A stretch of 64,000 bases of DNA from Selaginella moellendorffii (taxonomy: Eukaryota > Plantae > Lycopodiophyta), in the NCBI RefSeq assembly GCF_000143415.4, contig NW_003314268.1:2496494-2560493 (forward strand). Direction: 5' to 3'. The translations under genes and the position numbers were made by a program. Each line of letters opens with the position of its first letter. Position 1 is the stretch's first letter. The notes under the pieces are model-generated. The model was not told the DNA's origin. It did no database searches and saw nothing but the letters and a program-made list of their open reading frames with translations. Of this stretch, positions 35,804 to 49,269 are shown in pieces.

Positions 35804-36761
35804 TCAGAAGAGGCGGATCCGGAAGAGCCAGGGCAGGAGCAAGATGACGACGATGAAGGCGAGCACAAAGTTGCAAATGGGCCTGTGCTGCCAGAAGCTG
35901 CGCGGGCGATGGGGATCGCCCGCCCGCTCGAATATGGTGTCCGATTGCTCGTCGCTGTGTCGCCCGCAGCTCGAATCGTCCGCGCCAGCAGCCACATTGT
36001 GGGCGAGCTGGCCACAGATCTCGCAGTTCCTGCAAAACCAGCAAACAAATCCTTAGAACGCGGGATAGAACATAAACCCTAAAAACCGGGGAAGCAGGGG
36101 AGGCACTCGGGCTCGCCGATCCGGCGAGACGAATTTCCTGCCCTGCGCAATTGGGTCCGACTGGGATGATGATTCCCGCGGACCCAAATCGGGGATTCCG
36201 TTAATTCAATGCTGGATTGAATCGCGGCGGGGGACACGAGGAGCAAAAACTCTTTTTTTTCTATGTCTCGTACCTGTTGCCTTTGATCTTGAACCAAGTC
36301 TCTGCGCAGCGGCGGTGCGCGAATGCTAGATCGTCCTTGCACGCGCAGCCGAGCTCAATTGGGCTGGAGGCGATCCCCTCGTCGACTGGATCGCCTGGAT
36401 CCTCCTCGTGATCGCTGGAGCGCTTCAGGCCGAGCGAGAGATGGCACACTCTACAAATTCTGGCGTCTTCCTCGTCCCCACCACCGAGGGGCTGCGGTGG
36501 CTTGTGTTCTTCAAAACCCCCTTTCGTCGGTGGAGGAGGAGGATTTGTGGAGAGGGATTGGATCTCTATTGCCACGAACCCCCCCTCTGGATCCTGCGCT
36601 TTTGATCCGGCCGAGCCATCACCGATACTTGGCGCTGATAAGGACAAAGATGTTGATTCCAGCTCCTGGCTGGGAGATCTCCCGATCTTCTCCTTCCTCT
36701 CATCCAATTCTTCCACTGCATGCTGCAAATCTGTGGCATTTTCCTGCCGGGAATCACCCAT
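35804..36761 (-). CDS. RING-CH (MARCH-type) E3 ubiquitin ligase, 2 exons
   Basis: CRVCHL...IELGCACKDDLAFAHRRCAETWFKIKGNR|..CEICG, then C-terminal TM FWQHRPICNFVLAFIVVILLLPWLF. Confidence 0.9.
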
Positions 36762-37387
36762 AAATCCCTCTTCAGCAGCACGCAAGCATCGATCGATTCC
36801 CTCAAGAACACGCAAAGAGGAGGAGAATCAATGCTTCTCGCGTCGTTGTGGTTCCATGTAGCGAGATAGAGAGAATATTCATCCCCTATCCAAGAGAGCA
36901 GAGCGAAAAAAAAACTACCTCGTCAAAATAGGGAAGGAAAATAAATCGCAGTAGATCTACCTACACAGCACCCTAATTTGTACCTCTTCCAAGAGGACTT
37001 ATTTGGAACTCTTTCTCTTTCCCCGAAGCGTATAAACTTAGAAAAAGTTTTGACAAAGCCACATTATTAACTTTAAACACACCACGTAGATTCCGTGCAT
37101 TTCTTCCGTGTCACGGAATAGTACGTGAGTACAACACGCCTTTCGTACGCTCCTGTTAAAGTCCCTGTCTTGTTTTGTCCAGAGCGAGCCAAAAACAAAA
37201 GCTTGGCCGCCCAAAGTTGTTTAGATTAGAAGAATAAAAAACAAACCAAAAAAACCAAAGAAGATTCCTGGACTGTCCCTGTTGTTGCAATGTTGATCGT
37301 CCCTGTGAGCGAGCTGGAAAGAAATGGATTGGAAAAGCTTCGATCGAGATTTTAAGTACCTCCCTGGGGCGATAGCAATGAAAAGTT

Positions 37388-37989
37388 TTATAGCTTGAGC
37401 AAATGTACCCGGAAGAGCCACGGTAAGAACGGGATAACCACGCACAGCGACAGCAGCAAGTTGCAAAGAGCACGCTTGACGGTGTAGGAGTTCTCCTCTT
37501 GCATCTCCACATTGAGCTCCACGCTCATGACGAGATGATCGGGTCTTCGAGCGATGGCGCGATCAAAGCTTACGTTCTCGGCGGCCCGGCCGCATATCTC
37601 GCATGTCCTGGAGTAAAGAAAACTTCAACAACACTAGAGAAATGCGAAGAAAATGAGAGCTTTGAGCTTGCTTACTTGCTGCCCTTGATCGTAAACCACG
37701 TCGCTGCACAGCGTTGATGAGCGACCGCTAGCTCGTTCTTGCAGGAGCAGCCGAGCTCGATCGAGACATCGGCCTCGAGTGGAAGATGGCACACTCTGCA
37801 AACTCTGCCTTCTGCTGCTCCATTGGACTCGAGACTGTCCGGGCTTCGCTCGTGTAGCCTCTCTAGTTCTTGCTTAATTGCTGATGGAGCCGTTTCGTCC
37901 ACATCTACGGCAACAAAATCCTGACTACACTGCTCGACCTCGGATTTCCTGGCCTGTCTGGTCTCGTTTTCTTCAGGCTCTGATATCAT
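37388..37989 (-). CDS. RING-CH (MARCH-type) E3 ubiquitin ligase, tandem paralog, 2 exons
   Basis: CRVCHLP...IELGCSCKNELAVAHQRCAATWFTIKGS|RTCEICG...LCNLLLSLCVVIPFLPWLFR. Start codon uncertain. Confidence 0.85.
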
Positions 37990-38366
37990 TACTGTCTTGT
38001 CACTTGAGAGATCCAAATTTCCTTCCCTTCGAGTATGTGTGTGTACCTCGGGACGCTTTCAGGATAATCGCCTAGTTAGCATTCCTCCATCTGATTCCTG
38101 ACGAATGAACAGGAGCAAACAAGAGCATTTAGTCCAGAATATTGCAGAGCGACAAACAAAACTATTTCACCCAATTCTTGCCTCTTTGTGTTCAGAGCTT
38201 AATTCCAGCGACAACTTGGTAATTACAAGAACACGTGGTAAGCTCTAGCCCCGGAAAGAATCTTGTACCTCGCTCATAAAATGTTAGCGGCTTCCGGTGT
38301 AAGCAAGCTGACATTCACGTCAAAACACTGGGAGGTTCCAACAAGGCGTTTTCGTGTCAGATAAGC

Positions 38367-40189
38367 TTAGACTACAGCGTGTACCTCGCTTTCACAATAT
38401 CGCCTTTGACCAATAAACCAGTGCTGAAACTCTTCAAAATAAGAGCCACATATCGCATCGCGTATTGCTTGGAAAAACGAGAGGTAGTGGTGAATGTTAT
38501 GCCTGCAAAGGAATAACGTCAACGCAAGCTCCAGAAAATTAGGAAAAGAAAGCCTACATGTCAAGCAAAGTTTGAGCAACCATCTCGTGTGTGTTTAGCA
38601 AGTGATTGATGTACGCTCTCGTGTGCTTTTGGCATGTATAGCAGGTACAACCGGGCTTGAGGGGAGTCACGTCGCATCTATAAGCATCAGCCACACTTTA
38701 AGCCGGAAAACACTATCTAGGACATAACGTAAGTTGGACATATAGCAATACCTGTAAGCTATTGATCGGAGGTTTATTTTCGTGAAGTCTGCACCGAGCC
38801 CGGCTCCATCTTCCAGAGAAAATTTCCACGGCTTTTCGTCCATCGACAGTGGAAAGGTCATTGCATAGCCTCCTTTGGTCAGTGTATGCGCGTAGGTGCT
38901 GTCGAAGATATCGACACCAGTAGAGACTGCTTGCAAAATTTCCTCTGGCACAATGGATTAGTCACACAAGTTGGAATGCGATAAATCATCGATATACCTG
39001 GCATTCCCAGGCCACTGATAATTCGTGGAAGGTCTTTCGGCAAGCAATCCTAGAGAGCACAGAAAACACCTCAAACGCCAGTTGCATGAATCAAAATCTA
39101 TATCTATCAAATGATATCATGTAGCTTACAGTAACACTTTGCAGCAATGTCAAGCGATCCTCTGGGCTTTCCCCAAGTCCAAAGCCGCCTATGAAAAAGC
39201 CTACAGTCAAGGAGTCATCACAAAAATGAAAACGAATACGGAGACTAAGTTCTAGAATATAAAAATGTACTCGCCTGAGACGTTTCTCTTAGCAGTCTCT
39301 GAAGCAGAACGCTTTCGTTCTTCTATGCTCGCACCTCCTACAATGGTTCCAAAAGCTGTATTTTCGCCAATCTACAAAACATCAAACTAGATTAGTAAGT
39401 AAAATACTTGTCTGAAGTCATACAGATTGCAAACCAAGGCATTTATCAAGCCACTGCAGAGTCCGATCCACTGAGAGCTTATTCCGCCTTTGGGAAACCC
39501 AGGTGGGAAGTTCGTCCGCTATTGAAGCCCACACATTTGGCTTCAATGCGTTGACAAGTTCCATGTACTTTGCAGGACCAATCTAGTGAAAAAATCCAGT
39601 TAAAACGGATCAAACAAGAACCAGCGTCGTGAAGCTCACCACACGGCGACCGGACGACGTATTAAAGGCTGCACCAAGTTTGGTGTTCCCTTCTCCGTCG
39701 GGTTCGCTTACGATTGAGTCTCTGGAGAGGGACACAAGGGCGTTGCCTTGCAAGTTAAGTAGCTTGTGTCCTCCACCAATTTCATGAATTGTGCTCACTG
39801 GTGGACCTTCAAGGCTGGAAAGAAATCATAGAAAGAAGACTCTATCCAGCACTGACAACATCACACAAGCGAAGCGAGCGAGCGAGCAAGAATCTATGAA
39901 TGCAAATGGAGAAGCAAGCAAGAAAACACAAACCTATGAATGCCAAATGAAAACACCACGCACAAGCGAAACAACATCAATGCGGGGCTTACAAATGCAC
40001 TGGATTGACGTGAAGAACGCGCGCATCTGGATGGAGCTCCGGCAGCAAATCCGTAGAGACAAACGATGGCAACCCTCGGCGCGTGGAGAGCAGCAGGCAC
40101 GGCGTGTCCACAGACGCCAGCGCCGCCCCAAAATTCATGACACCACAGCGCGCGCCATCGCCTCCTCCCGCCTTGAGCGCAAACCTCAT
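38367..40189 (-). CDS. QTRT2: Queuine tRNA-ribosyltransferase accessory subunit 2
   Basis: TGT fold: [36 protein letters not shown] and zinc site [23 protein letters not shown]...HNIHHY. The TPxxLxxTRxG N-terminus fits the non-catalytic subunit. Confidence 0.88.
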
Positions 40190-40201
40190 CACTAAAACCC
40201 C

Positions 40202-40304
40202 AAACCCTAACCTCTAAAAAGGAAACTCCAACGGTCCTCGTGGTCAAAGCATATCCGTCCGATTCGATAAATGCCAAATATTCGCATTTGCGTGATTAGG
40301 GTTT
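40202..40304. promoter_or_regulatory. Bidirectional promoter with two inverted telo-boxes
   Basis: AAACCCTAA at 40202-40210 and TTAGGGTTT at 40296-40304, within 156 bp between the divergent ATGs of QTRT2 and the GT31 gene. Confidence 0.6.
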
Positions 40305-40345
40305 GTGGATCCGGGGTAGGAATGCTACCCCGCAGCTGAAGCGCG

Positions 40346-41737
40346 ATGCCATCGTCTCCAGGGAAGAAGCTCCCAGCGCTGAGATTCCAGATTTACAGGG
40401 CCAGAGCGGTGTGCTTGCGATCCGGCGCGGGGATTTTCGCGGCGTTTGTTCTTGGTGTGCTGCTAACGCTGCTGGTGGCGCCGGGGAGATTCGGCTGGGG
40501 GCCAGCGCCATGCCACCAGGTCGAGGATACGTTTCGATCCTCCGAGGCGTGGAGGCCGGGTGTTCTCCAGGAGCCGCTGGAATCGAGGCCAAAGGTTTTG
40601 GGCGTGGTTGGGATCCAGACAGGGTTTGGATCGCGAGAGAGGCGCAAGGCGCTGAGGGAGACTTGGATGCCTGATTCTCCGGAGGGACTGGTTTCGTAAG
40701 TTCGTGCTCGTTTTGCTTTCTTCGGTTAGATTTTTTTTCCGATTTGCTTTCCAGCTTACAGCAATCGACAGGACTTGCCATACGATTTATCATTGGACAC
40801 ACAGCTGACAAGAGAAAAATGGAGGAGCTGGAGGAGGAAATCGAAACTTACAAGGATTTTATACGCATCGATATCGAAGAAGAATATTTGAAACTTACAC
40901 ACAAGACGTATGCTTGCTCAAAGCTTGTTTTTTCTTTTTCTTTTATGCCATGTTCTTCCTTGCGCAGGCTAGCGTATTTCAAGGCCGCTTATATGCTCTT
41001 CGATGCCGAGTTCTATGTTAAAGCAGACGATGATATCTATTTGAGAACCGGTATGCTAAGTTGTTGTTTTGACAATGCAAGTAAACATTTTGTTTTTCCT
41101 TTTTATTTTTCTTGCACAGACCGGCTTGCAACTTTGCTAGCCAAGGATAGATCGACACCGAGAACATACTTGGGATGTATGAAGAAAGGACCTGTCATTA
41201 CAGATTCCAGACAGAAGTGGTATGAGTCTTTCATAAATTTTCTATTTCGCTTACGCGTTTAGTTCCGCGGAATACAGGTACGAGCCTCTGGCATATTTAC
41301 TTGGCAGCGAATACTTCTTACACGCTTACGGACCAATCTATGCGTTATCATCAGAGGTAGTCGCTGCTCTGGCTATTGCTCGCAATGATAGGTACCATGC
41401 TCGCTTTGCGTTTCGCGACTAATTGCAACGCTTTCTTAACAGCTTTCGCATGTTCACAAACGAGGACGTGACCTTGGGCTCTTGGATGTTGGCAATGAAC
41501 GTCAACCACGAAGACAACCGAGCGCTGTGTGAACAGACGTGTACTCCGACCTCCATTGCCGTTTGGGACATTCCAAAGTGCTCAGGCCAGTGCAAATTCT
41601 TGCAAGCTTTATTTGAAAATGACTTTACACTTACAACTTTTCTGCTTGACACAACAGGGCTGTGCAACCCCGAGCAGAGGCTCAGGGAGGTCCATCAACT
41701 GGATGCCTGCTCCAGGAGCCCCACGCTTCCAGATTAG
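40346..41737 (+). CDS. GT31 beta-1,3-galactosyltransferase (B3GALT12/13/14-like)
   Basis: [55 protein letters not shown]|LCNPE, plus an N-terminal TM. Last intron is GC-AG (41586-41657). Confidence 0.92.
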
Positions 41738-42242
41738 TCACACAACTACAGGTATGGGCCGTTGCTGTCATTTTGAAGACCAAAAATATATAAATATCTT
41801 TCTTACAAGAGCTGTCGTGTTGTTACAGCCAAATTCTGCTCCAGGGTGCTATTTCTCTCAGCTGTCGTTTTTCTCCATTCTTCTCTTCCGTGAAGAGCAT
41901 ACAGACAGTCCAGAAGATTGCTGACGTTTTGCGGTGAGTAGAACAGTGAACAGTATCCTACTACCAGATGTGCATTAAATTCGACACACTTTCTACACAA
42001 CTTTCGTTCGCACGTCTCTACTTGCTTGTTGTCGCAGTGTTTCGATTGAAGCTCGCATCCTGCAAAATTATTACACATAAGAAGAGCTTCATTCGTGCGA
42101 AGAAAGACTTACGATGTTCCAAGTTCTTGAAAAACTTCTCCGCCTCGCGTAAGTCCTCTATGATCGTCTCTGCTTTTCTAATATCTTCGTGTGTTGGTGT
42201 TATTTAATAGTGCGCGTCCTTGCTCTTCCTTGCCGACGGAGT

Positions 42243-45200
42243 TTATTCTCTTCCACTGGAGTCTTCGAGGTACTCTCCACTAAATCTTTGGTCTTGGACT
42301 TGGACTGCATATTGGAGGTTCCACAGGACGTCTTCCATCGAGGGCCTGGCGGTGAGGTCACTCGACAGGCACTTTGCAGCAATCTCCAACACCGTCGACA
42401 GAGAATCCTCGGAACAAGTTCCCGAGATCGCCGAGTCCACCATCTCCGTCCGAAACACACTGTCCGTCAGCATCATCTCCTGGAAAAGAAGCAAGATCTA
42501 AGTCCTCCAGATAGAAAACGAGGAGGAGGAACTTACGAGCTCTTGGACTTTGGGTTTCATGGCCATGGGATTGTCTACGGTTGGTGGTCTCCCGAGAACA
42601 ATCTCGAGTAATATAAGTCCAAAGTTATACACATCTCTCTTGTCCGTGGCCAGCTTCCTGGAAAGAAAAAAAGAAAAGAAAGAGTGAGAGAGAAGAAAAG
42701 AATGGAAACTTTCCCCCATACCTGTTACTGTGATCCAAATCGATGTATGTGACAGCGTTGTGTGTGAAAACATGCTGCAATCAATCCACAAAGTTGGTAT
42801 AATCACAAGAACTTTGGAAGAATTACTTACGTCGGATCCATACGACTGGTACGACTCGCTCTCGGGATGCCTGGCTAATCCAAAATCGCTCACTTTTCCT
42901 ACAAAATTGTGATCCAGCAAAACGTTCGTGACCCTCACGTCGTTGTTGAAAATCCCCGGCACGACGCCCGTGTGAAGGTAGTGTATCCCCCGGCCGGCGC
43001 CGAGAGCCGCGACCAGCCGGTTTTGCCACGTTAAAGACTCCTTCAATTTTCGCTCTGGACGATCCACCAAGAGTGAGTACTGGAAAGTTTGCTAGACCTC
43101 GCTAGAGGAAAAGATGGAACTAGGAAAGGAAACTTTGCCAGAGAAATGATGGAATTTAGAAGAGAAAACTTTGCTATAGGAAGGATGGAACTTTGGAAGA
43201 GGAAACTTTTGCTAGAGAAACGATGGAACTTTTGGAAGAGGAAGGTAAAAATGGCACAAGAGTTTAGGACTTACTGAAGAGATGGCTGCGAAGAGTGCCA
43301 TTATCGATGAACTCGGAGACGAGGTAGAGCCGCCGGTGCTGGGGTCCATCCTTCTCTCGCTCGAGGCAGTAGCCAAAGAGACTGACCAAGTGCCTGTGTC
43401 GGATCCTCGACAGGAACTCCAAATGTGCCTTGAGCTGCTTCATCTCCTGCCTCGAATCGATAACCAGGCATTTGATCGCGACCAGCGTTCCATCGTCAAG
43501 CTTTCCTCTGAACACCTGCGAGGAAAAGTCCGGCTTTTTAGTCCTGGAAAACTATGATCGAGAACTTTGTTCCTACCTTTCCATACTCGCCCTCTCCAAT
43601 GAGTAAACCTTGGCTGAATCGACTCGTGGCCTCTTCCAGCTCCAGCAGCGAGAAAACCCGACACTGGTTTGGTCCGGTTGCTCCGACAGTCCCGGATTGA
43701 GCCAAGTATCCTGCAAAACTCAGACAAAAACACTCAAGAACAATGAATGGAAAGCACAAGCTAAAAGAACTTACTCGTGCTATGGAGGAGCTCCAAGGGA
43801 ACTCCCACCGAGGCCGTATCAGCACACGAGTTGTTCGCACAAGTAGCAGCCGCATGCTTGAGCTTGAGCTTCCCTCTCTTGGAGAAGCGCAGGAGTATCA
43901 CCAGCAGTAAAGCCATGGCAGCACCCACGGCCATGACTCCGCCGGCGATCCCAGCTACAACGCCACCTTTCCACCGCCGCTTGGATCCACCAGAAGAAGA
44001 GCCCGGTCCCCCACTTCCACCATCGCCAGAGCTTCCGCCACCTCCACTCCCACCACCACTTCCAACCGGTATCATCCTCTGCGCCTTGAGACAATACTCT
44101 TGCGGCTGCTGCTGCTGGAGCTGGATCTCCTGCCCGGAGAAGCAGTTCTCCTCGACATGCAACGTGATCCTCCCGGACCGCAGCTCCGCGGGGACCTCCC
44201 CCATCAAAAGATTCGTGGAGATGTCCACGTATCGCAGCCCGCTCGCCAGCGTCACAGCACTGGGAAGAGTCCCGGACAGCCGGTTGTGATCCAGCACCAG
44301 CGTCTCCAAACTTTGCAGCGAGAAGATCCATCCCGGCAGCGCCCCCGGGATGGAGTTGAGCGAGAGGTTGAGGAGCTTGAGCTGGGAGAGGCCGCGCAGG
44401 CTGTCCGGGATGGAGTCGGAGAAGCGGTTCCTCTCGAGGTTGGCGGAGACGAGGCCCTGGCCGAGGCCCGGGAAGGAGGGGCCGAGCTGGTTCCCGGCCA
44501 AGTTGAGAGTGCGCAGGCTCGCCACCCGGCTCAAGTTTGGTACCACGCCGGCCAAAAAGTTGTCCGAGATGGAGATGGTCTCCGCCACCCTCATGTTGGA
44601 GATGGAGTCCGGGAGCGCGCCGAAGAGCAAGTTGTGGTCCATGTCGAGCGTCTTGAGGCTGGCGAAGAGGGAGATTTGCGAAGGGATGGTGCCGGCGATC
44701 TGGTTGTGCGAGAGCTGGAGGGTGTCGAGGTTGGGGAGGACATTGAGCGCGGTGGGGAAGGTCCCGCGGAGGATGTTGTTGTCGAGGGCGAGCGACTGGA
44801 GGCTGCCGAGGGAGGAGAAGCGGTCGGGGATGGAGCCGGAGAGGAAGTTGGAGCTGAGGTTGAGGAGCTCGAGCGAGCGGAGGTGGTCGAGGCTGGCGGG
44901 GACGAGGCCCCAGATGCCGAGGGAGACGAGCGTGAGCGTGCGGAGGTCGGGGAACTTGACGAGCGTGTTGGCCAGAGTGATGATCGAGAAGTCGTCCGGG
45001 AGGCGGACCTGTGGAAATGCATGGGAAACTTGTTTAGTGGTGACCAAAGTTTCGTTTTTGATCGAGAAGAACGAGAGAGTTTTGTGACAAACAAGTGAGT
45101 AAAAGTTTACGTGAGAAGCAAAGCAAATCAATGATCAGGAAGAACATCTAGATCGAGAAGAGACAAAGTGAGAGTTTTGTGAAAAACAAGCCAGAAGGAA

Positions 45201-46135
45201 GTTCCCATACGAGTTCTTACGTAGCAAATCAATGATCAGGAAAACATCATCGTCATTCGAGTATGAGAAACAAACCACAGTCGATCGAGTGGACACATGC
45301 AAGAAAAAACACAATTTGAGAGTGGACTCTTTCAAAGATCTCTTCGCAGAGTTGCACGCAAGCTCGTGGAAAAAACAATAGATAAAATCGAACCGCATAC
45401 GTAAAAGAACGATCATGAATCCGAAAGAAAGAAATATCAATCCACTAAAACATGGTCCGCAAAAGAAATTCACGGAGAAGATCACCGATCAAGTGAAAAT
45501 CCTACCTTTGAACGGAGGAACGAGAAAAGAAAAAAGATATCACCATCAAGAGGCAGGTCATCATCCGCCATTCATGAAGAAAAAGATGAAAGAGATCACA
45601 TCATCAAACCATCATCACCACCATCATAGGCAAAGAACACAAACCAAGGCAAGCCAAATCACTACTAGCAAGGAAAACTAAGCAAGAAATCCATCCAAGA
45701 ACACAAGGACGAGAAGGAGAAGAAGAAGAAGAAGAAGAAGATCGGGGTTTTGAATCGGCCCACCTGTGATTCCGTGTAGTTGGCCGACTCCTTTTGCTCC
45801 ACCGTGATTGGAAGCTTGTCACCCACAATCTGGAGCAAGATCACGGTCTGGGTGCCCGACTGATCCGCGTAGGCGCACGAGACGTTGAGCATCGGCGATG
45901 ACGGCAGCGAGCAAAACGACGTGTTGACGCTCCACCCGCCCAGCGCCGATGGATCCCCCAGGAGCTTCTGGAGGCGCAGCAAGCTCTGGGTCTGGGATCC
46001 TGGCAATGCCGCTCGCCCAAGAACCGCCCAGAGGACGAGGAGCTCAATCACTGCCGCGACGAGCATTTTGGGAGCCCGCCGCGCGCGATGGCGGTGATCC
46101 AGGCTACGAGATCTCGGCGTCATCGCCGCCCCCAT
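42243..46135 (-). CDS. LRR receptor-like kinase, LRR-VI type (At3g03770-like), probably catalytically atypical
   Basis: Signal peptide, LRRNT FCSLP..CAY, about 12 plant LRRs, TM GVVAGIAGGVMAV, and kinase FSLLELEEAT..GEGEYGK..VAIKC..RHRHLVSL. The catalytic loop reads FNNDVRVTN instead of HRD. Confidence 0.92.
43100..43245 (+). repeat. Intronic minisatellite (~38-bp unit, ~4 copies) in the RLK gene
   Basis: GGAAACTTTGCTAGAGAAA.GATGGAACTTTGGAAGA-like units. Confidence 0.7.
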
Positions 46136-48279
46136 CGCGAGCCCAGGGATCGCGACTCCGCTGTGGAGGAGCCATGATTCCTCTTCTCAGCCCATCTCCA
46201 TTCCCCTATTCTATCAATGCCGCATCCCCTGCTGCTCGATCGGATCCATTGCCTACCTGCGCCGCCCAATCGCGCTCGAGGGTTCATCGATCCGGCGGCG
46301 CTGCGATGTGGGTCGCGCCCGGATTGCGCGTCGCCCGCGACCCACTTGGAGGAATCGCTCACTCTCTTCTTGTCCTCCTCTCCCTCTCTATAAAGCGACG
46401 AGGAGAGGGGCCAAGCAACACTGGCTTGGAATCGATATGCCAACAAACAAACAATGCTGCTGCACGGGCGAGGCTTTGACAATGACACTGAGCAAAAAAT
46501 CGAGGAGCAAAAAAGCTCCCCTCTCTCGACCGAAAAATGGGCAAATGGAGAGATTTTCCCCCTTTTCCCAGGGGTAACAAAAATCTTCTCTTCCGTGTGA
46601 GAAGAAGGATCCAGGCAAAAACCTGGCACGCACGGCGGTAAGTGGAATTATTTTACCGCGCGTTAACATCTCTTGTTCTTGTGGCTTGTCATACCGTACA
46701 AGGCCTTTTCGATTTGAAAGGATCCTTTGTTCCGTAGCGGCGTGATTTTTTTTTTTTTTTCTTTCTTTCGTTTAATCAGCTCGCGGATGGCCAATCTTGA
46801 CCTTTGGAATATTTGGTACAAAGTTTGGCAAGCTGTCTGTGAGCGTCGGTGACGAACATAGACAAAATTGTCAATACGGATGCCCTGTAAATCGGCCAAA
46901 CTCTGGTGGCTTTGAAACCAAAAGAAACTACCTTTCCTTTCTTCTGGTTTTTCTTCCTTTCCATCGTTTGTTGGCAAGCTCAAGTAGTTTGGCATTTAGA
47001 TCTGGAGAGAAAACATCATAAGCTCCATAACTTTCACAATGGCGATGCTTGCTAATTGCAATCATAACATGTTACCCACAGTCGTTCGATGGAGACTCGA
47101 GAACTGAACGTCTCGCATCGCATCACAGCTTTTCATTATCATACCCCACATCGCTGTTCCACTCCATGTAAGAACAACGTACGGTTGATTATATTAGAGT
47201 CCAAGTAAAGGAGATAAAATAAGTGAGATCACACTTACCGAGCCATCTCCATATCGTATGATCTTCTCCGGTATGATTTGCAGAGTAGGATTTCTTCGGA
47301 CATCCAGAAGACAACCGGCAAACATCACTGTAGCCTCCTCCATTGCCTCCAAACTGCGGGATAAAGAGAAAACGAAAACGTTTGAGAACGGCTCAAGCAA
47401 AGCTCAGCGCGTCAGGCCCAAAAGAAGGACAGGAAGGCATAAAACTATGTACAAATCGCGACTTCTTACCTCGCAGCCCGACGAAAGTGGCTTTGTTTAC
47501 ATAGGTAGACCACCACCACGAACGGGAATCTGCATCAAAGTACTGCCTCGCGATAGCAGCTTTACTTTTTTTTTGTTTGTGTGTGTTGTGATGCACCACT
47601 CACCAGCAAAGCCAGTCCACTCTCGAGCATCCAACTGACGTACTCATGACGAATCCAGTCCATCCCGAAGCTTTCATCTGTTCATTCGCTTTAAGTATCG
47701 GGTACACAAACAAACAGCTTACCTGTAAAGCACGACAATGCGAGTTTTAGAAGGACCTGCGAGGAAAAGCTAGAAAATTTACCTGATACAGATGCAAGCC
47801 CGGTTCAGCAAAGATGTTGACGTCGGAGAAACTCTACGCTCCAACTGGAAGGGAAAAAGAATAAACTCGTTGCTTGTTTGATCCATTGTCGCCTCCTGCA
47901 AGCATGAGCTCGTGTGTCAGGACAGGCAATCTTTCTGGGAGTATAAAACAAACGTAGGGATCTTGGGGAAAATTCATGGCTAACGACAAACTCAAAGGTG
48001 GCTAAGATGCCTGGAGCGCTTGGACTGTAATCACAATGCATGGCATAAACAGACACTATGCAGCAGATATTCAAGTCTAGGAATCGTACCATCCAACGGC
48101 TCCCTTATCACTGGTAGAATGTTTCTCGCTTTTCAAGTTAACCTGGAAGGAACAAGTTAATGTGGTCAAGGACCAAAGCGCTAGCCCAGTCGCCGGGGGA
48201 AGGAAGGAACGCTTCGAGAGGCAAAACAAGTTTACATGGGAATAAGAAACGAAACTTAACTCTACGCAGGCAAAGAGTT

Positions 48280-49269
48280 TCAAATCTTCAGATGGTCTCC
48301 CGGGGAGAAAAAGTCGACAGTGCTTTCGGCCACTCTGAAGTGTCTCCGGACGTTCGCTTGCTCGGTCGAGAAAACATCTCGATACTCCACGGTAATCTGC
48401 AAAGCACACGCACTGGATCATGAAACTTCCTTCCCTACACGAAATGAAAAGAAAAGAAAGCGAGAGAGACCTGGCCATGAACGTCGGATGAATGCCCGGT
48501 GCTTAAAGGCTCCACGCGAACTGTGACGTTGGAACTATGCTCCAGCTCCAGCACGAATGCCAACGATTCATCCTCGGCATAGATGTCCTCGTGTAGCAAC
48601 ATCACGATGGAACATCCCTGAAAGAACGAGAGAGAAAAGAAGAAAGGTAATGCCTACAATTGCACGGAAAAAGAACCTTTTGCTTTCCACACGCTAGTGC
48701 TCGACAGTAATGTAGAAAATCTAGAACGCGATTTCTGGAACCTTGGACGATCACTTCCAGCAGAGCTACATCATCGATGAAAATGTATATCATGCCCGAT
48801 GTATGTTTGACAGCTTCCTTGATCCGTTTGAACAGCAAGAAAAGAGGATTCTCGCCATCTTGCGCTGAAGGAATCAAAAGAGATAAAATGGAAGACTGAC
48901 AAAATAAAACTATAAGAACTTACGAGCTGTGCAAGAGTACTTCCAAGTGCCAGGATCAGAGAATAGATCGATAAACGCTAACTGGCCCTTCTCCATACAT
49001 GAAATGAGATTACATCCCTGTAACGAACCATTCGCAAAGAAATCTCTACATTTCCCAAGAAAACCTACTTGTTTCCTTGCAATCCTCGCGTAGTGAGGAA
49101 ATGGAGCACCGAGCGCCACAAAAACCACTCTGGATCCATCGCTAGAAGCAGCCGCTCGGGCAACAAGAGCCTTCAGGAGCCAGTGGAGTACAAATCCACC
49201 AGACGCAGCGACACTGTCCTTGATCAGCACCCCACCGGCGCCATGCTCGACAATCCCTTCGAGCACCAT
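48280..49269 (-). CDS. ELP6: Elongator complex protein 6
   Basis: VLIKDSVAASGGFVLH, PFPHYARIARK|GCNL, IFIDDVALLE, VLDFLHYC, VEPLSTGHSSDVHGQ, FRVAESTVDFFSPG. Confidence 0.9.

Noticed and set aside
43777-45098. Long plus-strand ORFs (332, 245 and 170 aa)
   Set aside because: Antisense shadows of the GC-rich LRR exon on the minus strand.
47144-47245. USE-like CCCACATCG followed by U1-like ACACTTACC
   Set aside because: No U1 body or Sm site follows; ACTTACC is better explained as the reverse complement of a minus-strand splice donor.
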